DNA of 64,000 nucleotides from positions 62,001-126,000 of the forward strand of contig NZ_JABEZU010000003.1 in the NCBI RefSeq assembly GCF_013149785.1, in the 5' to 3' direction. The DNA is from Isoptericola halotolerans (lineage in GTDB: Bacteria > Actinomycetota > Actinomycetes > Actinomycetales > Cellulomonadaceae). The notes under the pieces were generated by a model that had not been told where the DNA came from, did no database searches, and was given only the letters and a program-made list of their open reading frames with translations. A program made the translations under genes and the position numbers. Numbering within the stretch: the first letter of the stretch is position 1; each line of letters starts with the position of its first letter. This document shows positions 23,604-35,210 of this stretch, in pieces.

Positions 23604-24254
23604 ATGACGCCGATCCCGGAGCCTGCCCCGACCGACGGTCGCCGAGCGAGAGGCGACCGCACCCGCCGGGTCGTTCTCGACCACGCGGTGCAGGTCGCCT
23701 CCGTCGACGGGCTCGGCGGGCTGACCTTCGGCACGCTGGCAGCCGCCGCGCCCGTGAACAAGAGCGCGATCGCCGGGCTTTTCGGCTCCAAGGAGGGGCT
23801 CCAGCTCGCCGTCGTGGACCATGCCCGTGGCACGTTCGTCGACGAGGTGGTGGTCCCTGCTCGTTCCGCCGAGCCGGGCCTCCCGCGGCTGTGGGCCCTC
23901 GTCGGTTCCTGGACCGTCTACTCCCGTTCCCGGGTGTTCGCCGGTGGCTGCTTCTTCCGAGCGGCGGAGGTCGAGCTCGACGGTCGCGCACCGGGACCGG
24001 TGCGCGACGCCGTGGTGGAGACCCAGGAGCAGTGGGACGGCTACCTGACCCACCATGCCGACCTGGCGGCCGCCGCGGGACAGCTCGAGGCGGAGACCGA
24101 CGCCGTCCAGGTCGCCTTCGAGATCAACGCCCTGCTGGGCGCTGCGAACGACCGCTCGCTGCTGTTCGCCGACGACGGCGTCTACGCCCGGGCGAGCCGC
24201 GCGATCCGGGCGGCGTTGCTCGCGAGGGGCGCCGACCCCACCCTGCTCGCGTGA
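23604..24254 (+). CDS. TetR/AcrR family regulator
   Basis: N-terminal HTH (GLGGLTFGTLA...KS....LFGSKEGL), GGCFF C-terminal motif. Confidence 0.88.
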   Translation: MTPIPEPAPTDGRRARGDRTRRVVLDHAVQVASVDGLGGLTFGTLAAAAPVNKSAIAGLFGSKEGLQLAVVDHARGTFVDEVVVPARSAEPGLPRLWALVGSWTVYSRSRVFAGGCFFRAAEVELDGRAPGPVRDAVVETQEQWDGYLTHHADLAAAAGQLEAETDAVQVAFEINALLGAANDRSLLFADDGVYARASRAIRAALLARGADPTLLA

Positions 24255-24282
24255 GGGGGAGGGCTCGACGGCAGGGCCGGGT

Positions 24283-25632
24283 TCAGGCGAAGCCGAAGAC
24301 CACGGGAAAGGCCACCACGACCAGCGTCGCCCAGGCGGCGTAGACCGGCAGGTAGGCCGTCTGCCACGTCTCCAGCGCACCGAACCCTCGCCGTCGGCGA
24401 CAGAATCCCGCCAGCAGCCATCCGGTGCGCACCAGGTGGACCAGCAGCAGGAGGTTCAGCCCGAGCGCCGCGACCTTGTTGGGGCTGGCGCCGAACTCCG
24501 CGATGCGTGTGAGCATCGCCGTCAGGGCGACGGTGTCGACCGCGAGGGCGGCGACCACCATCGCGAGCTGGAGGACGTCGAACAGGCCGGGTCGTGCGAG
24601 CGGGTCGCGCGCCGAGATCGAGTAGAGCAGCAGCGCGAGCACCAGGATCAGCACCGCGTCGAGCAGGAGGAGCAGCCCGCGGTCGACGGTGGTCAGTCCG
24701 CCGACCGCGACGAGCACGGTGAACGACACGGCCAGCATCACGGTCGTGAGCGGCGTGAAGACGCGTGTCAGCACGGGAGCCATGTTCTCGACGACCTGCT
24801 GCTTGGCCTCGACCAGCCAGGCCGCGACGATCAGGGCGCCCGGCACGCCGAACGGGATCAACCACTGTTCGAGAGCGGGCTCGAGGTCGACGTCGACCAG
24901 GCCCAGCAGCCCGAAGGTGAGGCCGACGAGCACACCGCTGCCCAGGGTGATGAGCGCGACGTAGATCGCCAGCTCACCGGTGAAGCGGACGAAGTCCATG
25001 CGACGGTCGGACGATCGCCACCGGCCCCCCACGTATGCCAGGCCGACGAGCGCCCAGGGCACGACCGGTGCGTGGACGGCGGCCAGGACGACGGTCGAGC
25101 CGGAGGGGTCGAAGGGGTAGGCGTTCAGCACCACGCCGAGGACGGCGAACGCTGCGCCCAGCATGCCCAGCGTGCGCCAGGTCAGCCGCCGCTTCCACGC
25201 CAGGTACCCGGCCAGGAACGGTGCGACGAGCAAGCCGGCGTTGCGCAGCAGGGTGCTCTCGTCCCAGAAGGTGGTGCCGAGCTTGACGGCCAGGCCCGCA
25301 CCGAGGGCGAGCGTGAGAACGACGGTGAGCTCCCGGCGTGCCTCCGACGAGCCGGCGTCGTCGGCGTCGGGCACGAGCACGAGCTGCTTCCACAGTCGCT
25401 CCGAGTGCTCGCGGGCGAACTCGCGCGAGATCGCGTCCAGGCGACCGAGGCGCTTGACGGCGACGAGGAAGGCCTCGTCGTCGTCGAGCCCGGTGGCGGT
25501 CAGGTCGGCCACCCGTTCGCGCAGGTGATCCTCCATCTCGTCCACGTCGGCAGGAGCGATGGCGCGGTGCCGGTGGACGTAGTCGCGCCACCGGGCGACC
25601 TGGGTCTCCAGGCTCGTCGTGGAGTCCGTCAT
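24283..25632 (-). CDS. Multi-pass membrane protein with N-terminal 'permease prefix' domain
   Basis: DVDEMEDHLR...GLDDDEAF..AVKRLG N-terminal domain then about 10 TM helices; ATGA-coupled to PadR. Confidence 0.78.
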   Translation of the reverse strand: MTDSTTSLETQVARWRDYVHRHRAIAPADVDEMEDHLRERVADLTATGLDDDEAFLVAVKRLGRLDAISREFAREHSERLWKQLVLVPDADDAGSSEARRELTVVLTLALGAGLAVKLGTTFWDESTLLRNAGLLVAPFLAGYLAWKRRLTWRTLGMLGAAFAVLGVVLNAYPFDPSGSTVVLAAVHAPVVPWALVGLAYVGGRWRSSDRRMDFVRFTGELAIYVALITLGSGVLVGLTFGLLGLVDVDLEPALEQWLIPFGVPGALIVAAWLVEAKQQVVENMAPVLTRVFTPLTTVMLAVSFTVLVAVGGLTTVDRGLLLLLDAVLILVLALLLYSISARDPLARPGLFDVLQLAMVVAALAVDTVALTAMLTRIAEFGASPNKVAALGLNLLLLVHLVRTGWLLAGFCRRRRGFGALETWQTAYLPVYAAWATLVVVAFPVVFGFA

Positions 25633-26003
25633 GCGAACCCTCCTGCGGTGGCGGGGCCGCCCGGCAGCGGCCTCGAGACGGCCTCCCAGGCCTGGTTCAA
25701 CGTCTTGCTCACGACGTGCCACTGCGCCTGGCGCTCGGCGAGCGTCTCCCGGCCGGCCGCGGTGATCGCGTAGTGCTTGCGGCGCCGTCCCGACTCCGAC
25801 CGGCCCCAGCTCGCCTCGACGAGCCCGTGGCGCTCCAGGCGGTGCAGCAGCGGGTACAGCATCCCGTCGGTCCACTCCATGTGGCCGTCGGACAGCTCGG
25901 CAACGCGTCTGGCGATGGCGTAGCCGTACGACTCGCCCTCGGCGAGGATGCCGAGCACGAGGGGTGTCGCGGAGGCTGCGACCAGGTCCTTTTCGATGTG
26001 CAC
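25629..26003 (-). CDS. PadR family regulator
   Basis: SYGYAI, GMLYPLLHRLE, RRKHYAIT..G. Confidence 0.9.
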   Translation of the reverse strand: MHIEKDLVAASATPLVLGILAEGESYGYAIARRVAELSDGHMEWTDGMLYPLLHRLERHGLVEASWGRSESGRRRKHYAITAAGRETLAERQAQWHVVSKTLNQAWEAVSRPLPGGPATAGGFA

Positions 26004-26013
26004 GGGTCTCCAT

Positions 26014-26055
26014 CCCTCGATCTGCTAGGTATTAAACCCTCGCAGTTCTAGGTAT
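26014..26055 (-). promoter_or_regulatory. Tandem PadR-type operator repeats
   Basis: CCCTCG-N5-CTAGGTAT occurs at 26014-26032 and 26037-26055, next to minus-strand TTGCCA. Confidence 0.6.
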
Positions 26056-26104
26056 GGCAAGCGCCGGAGCGGTTCAGGACCGGCCGTCCGGTCAGCCGCG
26101 CACC

Positions 26105-27004
26105 TCAGGTGTCGGCGAGCACCCGGGCCAGGGCCTCCGCGCCCATGCGGCGCACCCACTCGTGCTCGGGACCGGACTCGAGCATCGACGTCGACATCGT
26201 CAGGGCCCAGCCGCGGGCGCGGAGCCAGACCGGGTCGTCGTGCGGGTAGCGGTCCGAGAGTGCCTCCCCGTAGACCGTGCGACCCGTGGCGTCGAGCACG
26301 AGCCACGCGGCCGCCAGGTCCGTCGCCGGGTCGCCGGAGGTCATGTCCCCGAAGTCGACGACGGCGGCCAGCCCGTGCGGCTCCGCGCTCGCGCCGTCGT
26401 CGAGCACGAGGTTGCCGGGGTGCGGGTCGCCGTGGATCCACAGCGGCGGCCCGTCCCAGGCGGGAGCATCGACGAGCCGGGACCACAGGGCGAGCACGCG
26501 GTCGCCGTCGGGCACGATGCCGCGCTCGACGCGCCCGTGCACCGCCGCACCCCGCGTGGGCAGTGCCGCGCTGCGGAAGGGGTTGACCGGGGCGTCCGGT
26601 GGTGCCGGTACGTGCAGCGCCCGGTGGAAGGCAGCCAAGGGTCCGGCGGCCGTGCGCCGCTGCTCCACCGGGACGTCCGCGGCGCGGAGGCCGGCGATCC
26701 ACGGCACCACCGACCATGACCACGGATACCCCAGGGCCGGACTCGGACGGCCGACCCGCACCGCGACGGGCACGGCGACCGGCAACCGCGCGGCCAGGAC
26801 CGGCAGCCACTGCTGCTCGTGCTCCACCAGGTGTGCGGCGATCTCGCGGCGCGGCACCCGGACGGCCAGGTCGTCGCCGAGACGCAGCATGACGTTGTCC
26901 CAGCCCTCGGCCACGGGGCGCAGGGGGAGCGCGGCCAGGTCGGGATGCTGCTCGGCGAGGAGCGCGCGCACCAGGGCGACGGTGACGTCCAGGTCGGCCT
27001 TCAC
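26105..27004 (-). CDS. Aminoglycoside phosphotransferase (APH)-like kinase
   Basis: [26 protein letters not shown]; substrate unknown. Confidence 0.85.
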   Translation of the reverse strand: MKADLDVTVALVRALLAEQHPDLAALPLRPVAEGWDNVMLRLGDDLAVRVPRREIAAHLVEHEQQWLPVLAARLPVAVPVAVRVGRPSPALGYPWSWSVVPWIAGLRAADVPVEQRRTAAGPLAAFHRALHVPAPPDAPVNPFRSAALPTRGAAVHGRVERGIVPDGDRVLALWSRLVDAPAWDGPPLWIHGDPHPGNLVLDDGASAEPHGLAAVVDFGDMTSGDPATDLAAAWLVLDATGRTVYGEALSDRYPHDDPVWLRARGWALTMSTSMLESGPEHEWVRRMGAEALARVLADT

Positions 27005-27014
27005 GAGATGGTGC

Positions 27015-27707
27015 TCACAGGTCGAGCTCCAGCTCGTGGGCCCGGTCCCAGTCCTCGGTCCAGCCCAGGTGGTCGAACATCGCGTCGAGGATGCCCCCGG
27101 TGAAGCCCCAGACCAGGTGCTGCGTGCCGCCGTCGTCCACGAGGAAGCCGGGACCGCTCCAGACCTGCCCGCCCCGGCGCAGGACGGTGGTCACGCGGTT
27201 CGAGGGGTGCAGCAGATCGGCCACCGGCGCGCGGAAGACGTGCGCGGACTCGGCCGGGTCGACGACGCCCACGGCGGACTGCCGGGCCCACCAGCCGAGC
27301 ACCGGCGTGACGACATGGTTGCTGACGGGCATCGGCAACGACTCCAGGATGCCGAGAACCTCCACGCCCGCGGTGTCCACCCCGGTCTCCTCGGTGGCCT
27401 CGCGCAGCGCCGCCTCCACGACACCCTCGTCCGGCTCCACGCGCCCGCCGGGGAACGCCACCTGTCCCGCGTGGGAGCGCAGCGTGGCAGCGCGCGCCAG
27501 CAGCAGGACGTCCAGGTCGCGGTGCACGGCCAGCGCCTGGGCGTCGTGCTCCGCGGCGAGCGAGTCCAGGACGCCGAACAGGACCAGCACGGCGGCGGGG
27601 CGGGCCGCCGAGAGGTCGATCTCGCCGCGGGCATGGCGCCAGGGCCCCGTGAAGGCACCGTCGTCGGCCAGCGCGGCGAGCTGGTCGCGTGCGGTGGGCC
27701 CGTTCAC
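27015..27707 (-). CDS. NUDIX hydrolase, CoA pyrophosphatase type
   Basis: [13 protein letters not shown] + [11 protein letters not shown]udix box, VWGFT. Confidence 0.88.
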   Translation of the reverse strand: MNGPTARDQLAALADDGAFTGPWRHARGEIDLSAARPAAVLVLFGVLDSLAAEHDAQALAVHRDLDVLLLARAATLRSHAGQVAFPGGRVEPDEGVVEAALREATEETGVDTAGVEVLGILESLPMPVSNHVVTPVLGWWARQSAVGVVDPAESAHVFRAPVADLLHPSNRVTTVLRRGGQVWSGPGFLVDDGGTQHLVWGFTGGILDAMFDHLGWTEDWDRAHELELDL

Positions 27708-27711
27708 GACG

Positions 27712-29264
<1,553 letters not shown>

Positions 29265-29394
29265 TCGTGCGACGGCGGTCGGCGGTCGGCGGTGCCCCCG
29301 ACGTCCCCACGGTCGTCGCGCCGTCCCCACGGGGACCGCACAGCCACGTGGCGAACACGGCTTAGAGTTGTCGGATGACCAGTGGGAGGAACGC

Positions 29395-31284
29395 ATGGGG
29401 CTGCTGAGCACGATCGAGACGCCCGCGGACGTGCGACGGCTGAGCCCTGCGCGGACGCGGCAGCTCGCGACCGAGATCCGCGACTTCCTGGTCGAGAACG
29501 TCTCGCGCACCGGCGGGCACCTCGGGCCGAACCTCGGCGTCGTCGAGCTGACGATCGCGATGCACCGCGCCTTCGCCTCGCCGCGTGACACGTTCGTCTT
29601 CGACACCGGCCACCAGTGCTACGTCCACAAGCTCCTGACCGGCCGCCAGGACTTCTCGGCGCTGCGCAAGCGCGACGGGCTGTCCGGCTATCCGAGCCGG
29701 GCGGAGTCCGAGCACGACGTCGTGGAGAACTCGCACGCCTCGACGGCGCTGTCGTGGGCCGACGGCATCGCCAAGGCCAACACCGTCCAAGGGCGGGACG
29801 ACCGGCACGTGGTGGCCGTCATCGGTGACGGGGCCCTCACCGGCGGCATGGCCTGGGAGGCGATCAACAACATCGCCGCGGACGCCGACCGCCGCCTCGT
29901 CATCGTCGTCAACGACAACGGTCGCTCCTACTCGCCGACGATCGGCGGCGTCGCCAACCACCTGGACACGCTGCGGGTCACCCGCGGCTACGAGGCGTTC
30001 CTCGGCTGGGGCAAGCGCACGCTGCACCGCACCGGCGCGCCGGGACGGTTCGCCTACGACTGGCTGCACGGCCTGAAGAAGGGCCTCAAGGACGTCGTCG
30101 CCCCGCAGGGCATGTTCGAGGACCTCGGGCTGAAGTACATCGGGCCCGTCGACGGCCACGACACCGAGGCCACCGAGGCGGCGCTCCGTCGCGCCAAGGC
30201 GTTCGGCGGTCCGGTGATCGTGCACGTCATCACCGAGAAGGGCCGCGGCTACACCCCGGCCGAGGAGGACGTCGCCGACCGGTTCCACGCCGTCGGCAAG
30301 ATCCACCCCGAGACCGGGCTTCCGGTGGCGCCGTCACGCTTCGGCTGGACCCAGGTGTTCGCCGACGAGATCGTCGAGATCGGCCGACGGCGCAGCGACG
30401 TCGTCGCGATCACCGCGGCGATGCTGCACCCCGTGGGCCTCGCCCCGTTCGCGCAGGAGTTCCCCGAGCGGACCTTCGACGTCGGCATCGCCGAGCAGCA
30501 CGCCGTCACCTCGGCCGCCGGCATGGCGTTCGCCGGGCTGCACCCCGTCGTCGCCGTCTACGCCACCTTCCTCAACCGTGCGTTCGACCAGGTCCTCATG
30601 GACGTGGCGCTGCACAAGGCCGGGGTGACGTTCGTGCTGGACCGGGCGGGCATCACCGGCGACGACGGCGCGAGCCACAACGGCATGTGGGACATGGCGA
30701 TGCTGCGCATCGTGCCCGGCCTGCGCCTGGCCGCCCCGCGCGACGAGGTGACGCTGCGCTCGGCGCTGCGCACCGCCGTCGACGTCGACGACGCCCCCAC
30801 CGTGGTCCGCTACCCCAAGGGCGCGCTCGGCGACCCGATCGAGGCGATCGAGGAGCTCGAGGGCGTCGACGTCGTCGCGCGCCACGCGCCCGCCGCTACG
30901 GCCCCCGCGGGCCGTCGCGTGCTCGTGGTCGGGGTCGGCTCGATGGCGGGCGCGGCGCTCGTCACCGGGGAGTCGCTGGCCGTGCACGGTCTCGAGGTCG
31001 ACGTGGTCTCCCCGACCTGGGTGCTGCCGGTCCCGGAGCGCCTGGTCAAGCTGACCGGTGAGCACGACCTGGTGGTCACCCTCGAGGACGGTGTGGTCGA
31101 CGGCGGCGTCGGGGCGATGCTCGCCCAGCGCGCCGCCGAACAGGGCGTGCGCACCGCCTTCGTGCACCGCGGCCTGCCGGTCGAGTTCCTCGACCACGCC
31201 TCACGCGATCAGATCGTCACCGAGCAGAGGCTCCGGGCCGAGGACGCCGTCCGGGACGCGCTGGCCGCGCTCGCGCAGGACTGA
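29395..31284 (+). CDS. dxs: 1-deoxy-D-xylulose-5-phosphate synthase
   Basis: [42 protein letters not shown]; start ATG 29395 after GGAGG. Confidence 0.96.
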   Translation: MGLLSTIETPADVRRLSPARTRQLATEIRDFLVENVSRTGGHLGPNLGVVELTIAMHRAFASPRDTFVFDTGHQCYVHKLLTGRQDFSALRKRDGLSGYPSRAESEHDVVENSHASTALSWADGIAKANTVQGRDDRHVVAVIGDGALTGGMAWEAINNIAADADRRLVIVVNDNGRSYSPTIGGVANHLDTLRVTRGYEAFLGWGKRTLHRTGAPGRFAYDWLHGLKKGLKDVVAPQGMFEDLGLKYIGPVDGHDTEATEAALRRAKAFGGPVIVHVITEKGRGYTPAEEDVADRFHAVGKIHPETGLPVAPSRFGWTQVFADEIVEIGRRRSDVVAITAAMLHPVGLAPFAQEFPERTFDVGIAEQHAVTSAAGMAFAGLHPVVAVYATFLNRAFDQVLMDVALHKAGVTFVLDRAGITGDDGASHNGMWDMAMLRIVPGLRLAAPRDEVTLRSALRTAVDVDDAPTVVRYPKGALGDPIEAIEELEGVDVVARHAPAATAPAGRRVLVVGVGSMAGAALVTGESLAVHGLEVDVVSPTWVLPVPERLVKLTGEHDLVVTLEDGVVDGGVGAMLAQRAAEQGVRTAFVHRGLPVEFLDHASRDQIVTEQRLRAEDAVRDALAALAQD

Positions 31285-31303
31285 GCCGGCGGCCGACGAC
31301 CTC

Positions 31304-32404
31304 TCAGGAGTGGGTGACCTTCACCGCCCGCTCGACGACGCCGTGCAGGTCGCCCGACTCGGCGAACCAGGCGCGCTGCTGCGCCGCCCCGCCGCCGGTC
31401 GACCAGAGGCGCCCGAGCAGCTCGGTGACGACGTCCAGGTCGCCGGTGTCCACGAGGGCGTCCCGCACGTGCTGGACGAGCTGCCCGACGACATCGTGGG
31501 CGGGCGCAGGCTTCCAGGTCAGGGGTGACACGAGGTTCTCGGAGAGCCCGGACCGCCCTGCGCGCCAGGCCGCCGTGCGTTCCAGCTCGACACCGGGGTC
31601 GGCGGCCGGGCGTCCGTCGGCGGCCTCGCGGGCCGCCGTCTCGACGAGGCCGCGCACCAGAGCGGCGACCAGCGTCGTGGTGTCCGGGTCGAGACACACG
31701 TCCATGACGCGCACCTCGACCGTCGGGTAGCGGGGCGAGAGTCGCGCGTCGAAGAACACCATGTTCCGGTCCAGGACGGTCTCGGTCGCCACGAGGGCGT
31801 CGACGGCGGCGTGGTAGGCCTCCGGCGTGCCGAAGTGCCGGGTGGGGCCGGCGGTCGGCCACCGCATCCATACCTGGGACCGGAAGCTCGCGTAGTCGGT
31901 GTCCTCGCCCTGCCAGAAGGGTGAGTTGCTGCTCAGGGCCATGATGGTGGCCAGCCACGGTCCGATCCGGTCGACGACGGCGACGCCCTCGGCGTCGTCC
32001 TCGACGGCGACGTGCACGTGGCACCCGCAGGTGAGCTGCTCGCGGGCCGTCATGCCGAAGACGTGCCGGGCCCGCTGGTAGCGCAGCCGCGACACCGTGG
32101 TGCCCGTGAAAGCGATCGGGGACGTGGCCAGAGCGACCGCGCGTGCCTCGACACGGTCCGCGGCGTCCTGGGCCCTGGCGCGGCCGGCCCGGATCTCCGC
32201 GGCGAGGTCCGTCAGGGAGGCGTGCGGATGCGTGGCGGTCTCGAGCTGCTCCTCCATGAACTCCGGCTCCAGCGCGCCCGTGCCGCCGCCCTTGGCCGGG
32301 TGACCGGACGCCTCCAGGGCCTCGGCGGCCTGGGCGACGGGCGAGCCGTCGGGCCCGACCAGCAGGAACTCTTCCTCGACCCCCATGGTGCGCGGCTTCG
32401 TCAT
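31304..32404 (-). CDS. Glutamate--cysteine ligase / YbdK family carboxylate-amine ligase
   Basis: GVEEEF, CGCHVHV, NSPFWQG, DARLSPRYPTVEVRVMD. Confidence 0.9.
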   Translation of the reverse strand: MTKPRTMGVEEEFLLVGPDGSPVAQAAEALEASGHPAKGGGTGALEPEFMEEQLETATHPHASLTDLAAEIRAGRARAQDAADRVEARAVALATSPIAFTGTTVSRLRYQRARHVFGMTAREQLTCGCHVHVAVEDDAEGVAVVDRIGPWLATIMALSSNSPFWQGEDTDYASFRSQVWMRWPTAGPTRHFGTPEAYHAAVDALVATETVLDRNMVFFDARLSPRYPTVEVRVMDVCLDPDTTTLVAALVRGLVETAAREAADGRPAADPGVELERTAAWRAGRSGLSENLVSPLTWKPAPAHDVVGQLVQHVRDALVDTGDLDVVTELLGRLWSTGGGAAQQRAWFAESGDLHGVVERAVKVTHS

Positions 32405-32510
32405 GTCGGCATCATGGGGCCAGGTCCCGCTGGTCGCGCGTCGACACGCTGCCGCCGACACGTCAGGGCGCGGACACCCGCCGTTCACGCGCGTCTGCTT
32501 GAAATCGACC

Positions 32511-33398
32511 ATGGGTCGTACTCGCACCGTCGTGGCCGCGCTGGGCATCCCGCTGGTGGCTGCGACGGCAGCGGCCGCGATCGTCGTGGTGCTGAGGCGC
32601 CAGGCGGCGCTCGCCCGACGCCGGATCGGCAAGGCGCTCGGCGAGGTCGCCCTGGACGCCGACCGCGTGTGGCGCCGGCGCTACGCGGGAGAACCGCTCG
32701 AGCTGCTCGTGATCGGTGACTCCGTCGCCGCGGGGCTCGGTGCGGAGCGGCGCAAGGACACGCTCGGGGCGCGCGTCGCCCGCGGGGTGGGCACGAGGCT
32801 GCAGCGCCCCGTGCGGCTGCGGTGCGCCGCCGTCGTCGGCTCGGAGTCCTCGGCCCTGGCCGCCCAGATCGACACGCTGGACACCGGCTACCGGCCCGAC
32901 GTGGCGCTGATCGTCGTGGGCGGCAACGACGTGACCCACCGGGTCCCCCCGACGGTGTCCGCCCGCCATCTCGTCGAGGCGATCGAACGGCTCCAGGTGC
33001 GGGGGAGCGCCGTCGTGGTCGGCACCTGCCCGGACCTCGGCGCGCTGCGCGCCGTGCCCCAACCCCTGCGCACGCTCGGTTCGCGGGCCTCGCGGCAGCT
33101 GGCCGCGGTCCAGTCGGTCGCCGCCCGCCGGGCCGGGGCGCACACCGTGTCGCTGGCCGACGTCGTCGGGCCGTTCTTCGTCTCGTCCCCGGAGGAGGCC
33201 TTCAGCCTGGACCGTTTCCACCCGAGCGCGCTGGGGTACCGCCGCACGGCCAAGGCGCTGGTGCCCTCGGTGCTGGTCGCGCTCGGCGAGCGTGACGAGC
33301 TGCCACCGGGCCACGGCGCCCCCGACCCCCTCGCCGGGACGCGGCGTCGGCCCCGCGGCGGACGTCGAGGTCGCGCCGGGGGCCGACGTCGCGGCTGA
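32511..33398 (+). CDS. SGNH/GDSL hydrolase
   Basis: GDSVAAG, GGND, DRFHPS blocks; N-terminal TM. Confidence 0.88.
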   Translation: MGRTRTVVAALGIPLVAATAAAAIVVVLRRQAALARRRIGKALGEVALDADRVWRRRYAGEPLELLVIGDSVAAGLGAERRKDTLGARVARGVGTRLQRPVRLRCAAVVGSESSALAAQIDTLDTGYRPDVALIVVGGNDVTHRVPPTVSARHLVEAIERLQVRGSAVVVGTCPDLGALRAVPQPLRTLGSRASRQLAAVQSVAARRAGAHTVSLADVVGPFFVSSPEEAFSLDRFHPSALGYRRTAKALVPSVLVALGERDELPPGHGAPDPLAGTRRRPRGGRRGRAGGRRRG

Positions 33399-33409
33399 CG
33401 CTCGCGGGC

Positions 33410-34099
33410 CTAGCGATCCTGGTCGTCCGCCTCGGCGAGCGCGGTGAGCCACTCCGCCCAGAACTTCTTCCACTGGTCGGCCTCGGCCGCGGTGGGGATC
33501 GACTCGTGCGTGGCCGTCAGCCGGCACCGGTCACCGACGGCGTCCGTCGACAGCATGAGGACCCCCTGGTCGACGTCCCCGTCGGGGCCGCTCTCGGTAA
33601 GGGTGAAGCGTGGCCGCTTCACCCCGGGCCGGGACCGCGGCACGAGCGTCAGGCCCGGCACGAGCGTGTCCGGTCCGCCGTCGTCCAGCAGCCGGGCGCG
33701 GACCGTCTGCCGGTCCGCGTCGAGCAGCCTGGACCGGCTGATCGTGAAGGTGCCGTCCGGCATCTGGCCCGGCAGCCGGATGCCGGTGATGCGCTCGTAG
33801 CCCACCACCACCGTCTGCACCCACCAGCCGGAGAAGGTGGCACGCTCGGTCACCCACGCGACGATCTCGGGGTGCGAGGCGGACCGGCCGGGTCCCGCGT
33901 CGATGTCTGCGACCCACTCGTCCCAGCCGAGGCCGGTCGCCTCGCGGACACGCTGGTCGGACAGCTCTGGTTCGCTGACCCAGCCGCCGGCGCCGGTGGC
34001 GGGTGCGGACAACAGGTGGCGTCGGGCGGCGGCGTAGCGCTCGCCGGTGCGGACCATGCGCTCGCGGACGCGGCGCTTGAACGACTCCTGGGTGGTCAT
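33410..34099 (-). CDS. Hypothetical protein: Arg-rich N-terminal helix + DUF4287-like domain + SRPBCC/START-like C-terminus
   Basis: ATG after AGGAG; MTTQESFKRRVRERMVRTGERYAAARR; ATGLGWDEW...HPEIV.W...GWW.Q; C-terminal H.......W..FW..WL helix. Confidence 0.7.
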   Translation of the reverse strand: MTTQESFKRRVRERMVRTGERYAAARRHLLSAPATGAGGWVSEPELSDQRVREATGLGWDEWVADIDAGPGRSASHPEIVAWVTERATFSGWWVQTVVVGYERITGIRLPGQMPDGTFTISRSRLLDADRQTVRARLLDDGGPDTLVPGLTLVPRSRPGVKRPRFTLTESGPDGDVDQGVLMLSTDAVGDRCRLTATHESIPTAAEADQWKKFWAEWLTALAEADDQDR

Positions 34100-34290
34100 G
34101 GGGACTCCTGTGCTCGCTGGCGCGCCACCTGCGGCTCGCGCCCACCGGTGCCGCACCGGAACACGGATGTCCTGCGCGACGCGTCGAGCACTCGAGGTCC
34201 CCTTTGCCCTCACCTCCGGGCGACTGCCCGGTGGTCCCGGTGGCGCGAGCACCGGTCCGAGGGTGGGGCGGGACGCACCGCCCGATCCCG
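34100..34290 (-). ncRNA. Candidate structured cis-regulatory leader RNA
   Basis: Multiple stems, alternative long-range pairings and RBS-proximal pairing read directly from sequence; preceded by TATGGT at 34291-34296. Confidence 0.55.
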
Positions 34291-34344
34291 ACCATACTCC
34301 GGACCGTCACGCCCTGCCAGGGCTCGTGCCGGTAGCGTGCTGGG

Positions 34345-35004
34345 GTGATCTGGCTGTTCGACCTCGACAACACGCTCGTGAACCGCGACGCCGCGTTCGC
34401 CGCCTGGGCGGGCAAGGCGGTCGCCGACCACGGGCGTACCGACGCAGACCTCGCGGCGATCGTGGCGGCCGACGACGGCGGCTTCTCCCGCAAGGCCGAC
34501 CTCGCCCGGGTGATCATCGACCGACTCGGGCTGCCGGACGACGTCCCGGCGACCATCGAGCTCTTCCGTGCCGGGATCCGCGAGCACGTCGAGGCCTACC
34601 CGGGGGTGCTCGACACCCTCGACGTGCTGCGTGGCGCCGGCCACCTCGTCGGTGTCGTGACCAACGGCGACCCGGCCCAGCAGCGCGGCAAGATCGCCCG
34701 CTGCGACGTCGAGCGCCACGTCGACGCGATCGTCGTGTCGGGGGAGGAGGGCGTCGAGAAGCCGGACCCGCGCCTCGTCGAGACCGCCCTCGAACGGCTG
34801 GGTGCGGCGGACGCCGACCGGCGCGACGTCTGGATGATCGGCGACGCCGCCCACGCCGACGTCGCGGTCGGCCGGGCGGCCGGCACCCGCACCGGGTGGG
34901 TGTCCCACGGGCGGGAGTGGTCGGGCGGCGCGCGGCCCGACGTCGTCGCCGCAAGCACTCGCGACGTCGTGGCGCTCGCGGCCTCGCCGGCGCACGGTCG
35001 CTGA
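34345..35004 (+). CDS. HAD family hydrolase
   Basis: FDLDNTL, VTNG, EKPD, MIGD...DV. Confidence 0.9.
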   Translation: MIWLFDLDNTLVNRDAAFAAWAGKAVADHGRTDADLAAIVAADDGGFSRKADLARVIIDRLGLPDDVPATIELFRAGIREHVEAYPGVLDTLDVLRGAGHLVGVVTNGDPAQQRGKIARCDVERHVDAIVVSGEEGVEKPDPRLVETALERLGAADADRRDVWMIGDAAHADVAVGRAAGTRTGWVSHGREWSGGARPDVVAASTRDVVALAASPAHGR

Positions 35005-35131
35005 GTGCTGCCGGGGCGCGGCGTGGCGGAACCTCACGCATCAGCGGCCGACGGGTGAGCTTCCGCGACGTCGGTCGAGGACGGTGCCGTGGGACCTCGT
35101 CCTTCAGCGGTGCCTTGCTCGGCACCGGACG

Positions 35132-35173
35132 CACCGGCGGCCCGGTCCCGACGTCGGGACCGGGCCACCGGTG
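35132..35173 (-). terminator. Strong hairpin terminator downstream of fadB
   Basis: CACCGG-N-GGCCCGGTCCCG-ACGT-CGGGACCGGGCC-N-CCGGTG, 19-bp stem on the minus strand with one G-U pair. Confidence 0.7.
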
Positions 35174-35210
35174 GTGTCACCCGGGGAGGGCATCGTCAGG
35201 TGACCTCGGC

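Noticed and set aside
26105..27004. Aminoglycoside resistance gene
   Set aside because: Generic APH-like kinase common in actinobacteria; no evidence for an antibiotic substrate.
29274..29336. Short direct repeats (GGCGGT x3; CGTCCCCACGG x2) upstream of dxs
   Set aside because: Short and GC-rich, compatible with chance or slippage; no supporting context.
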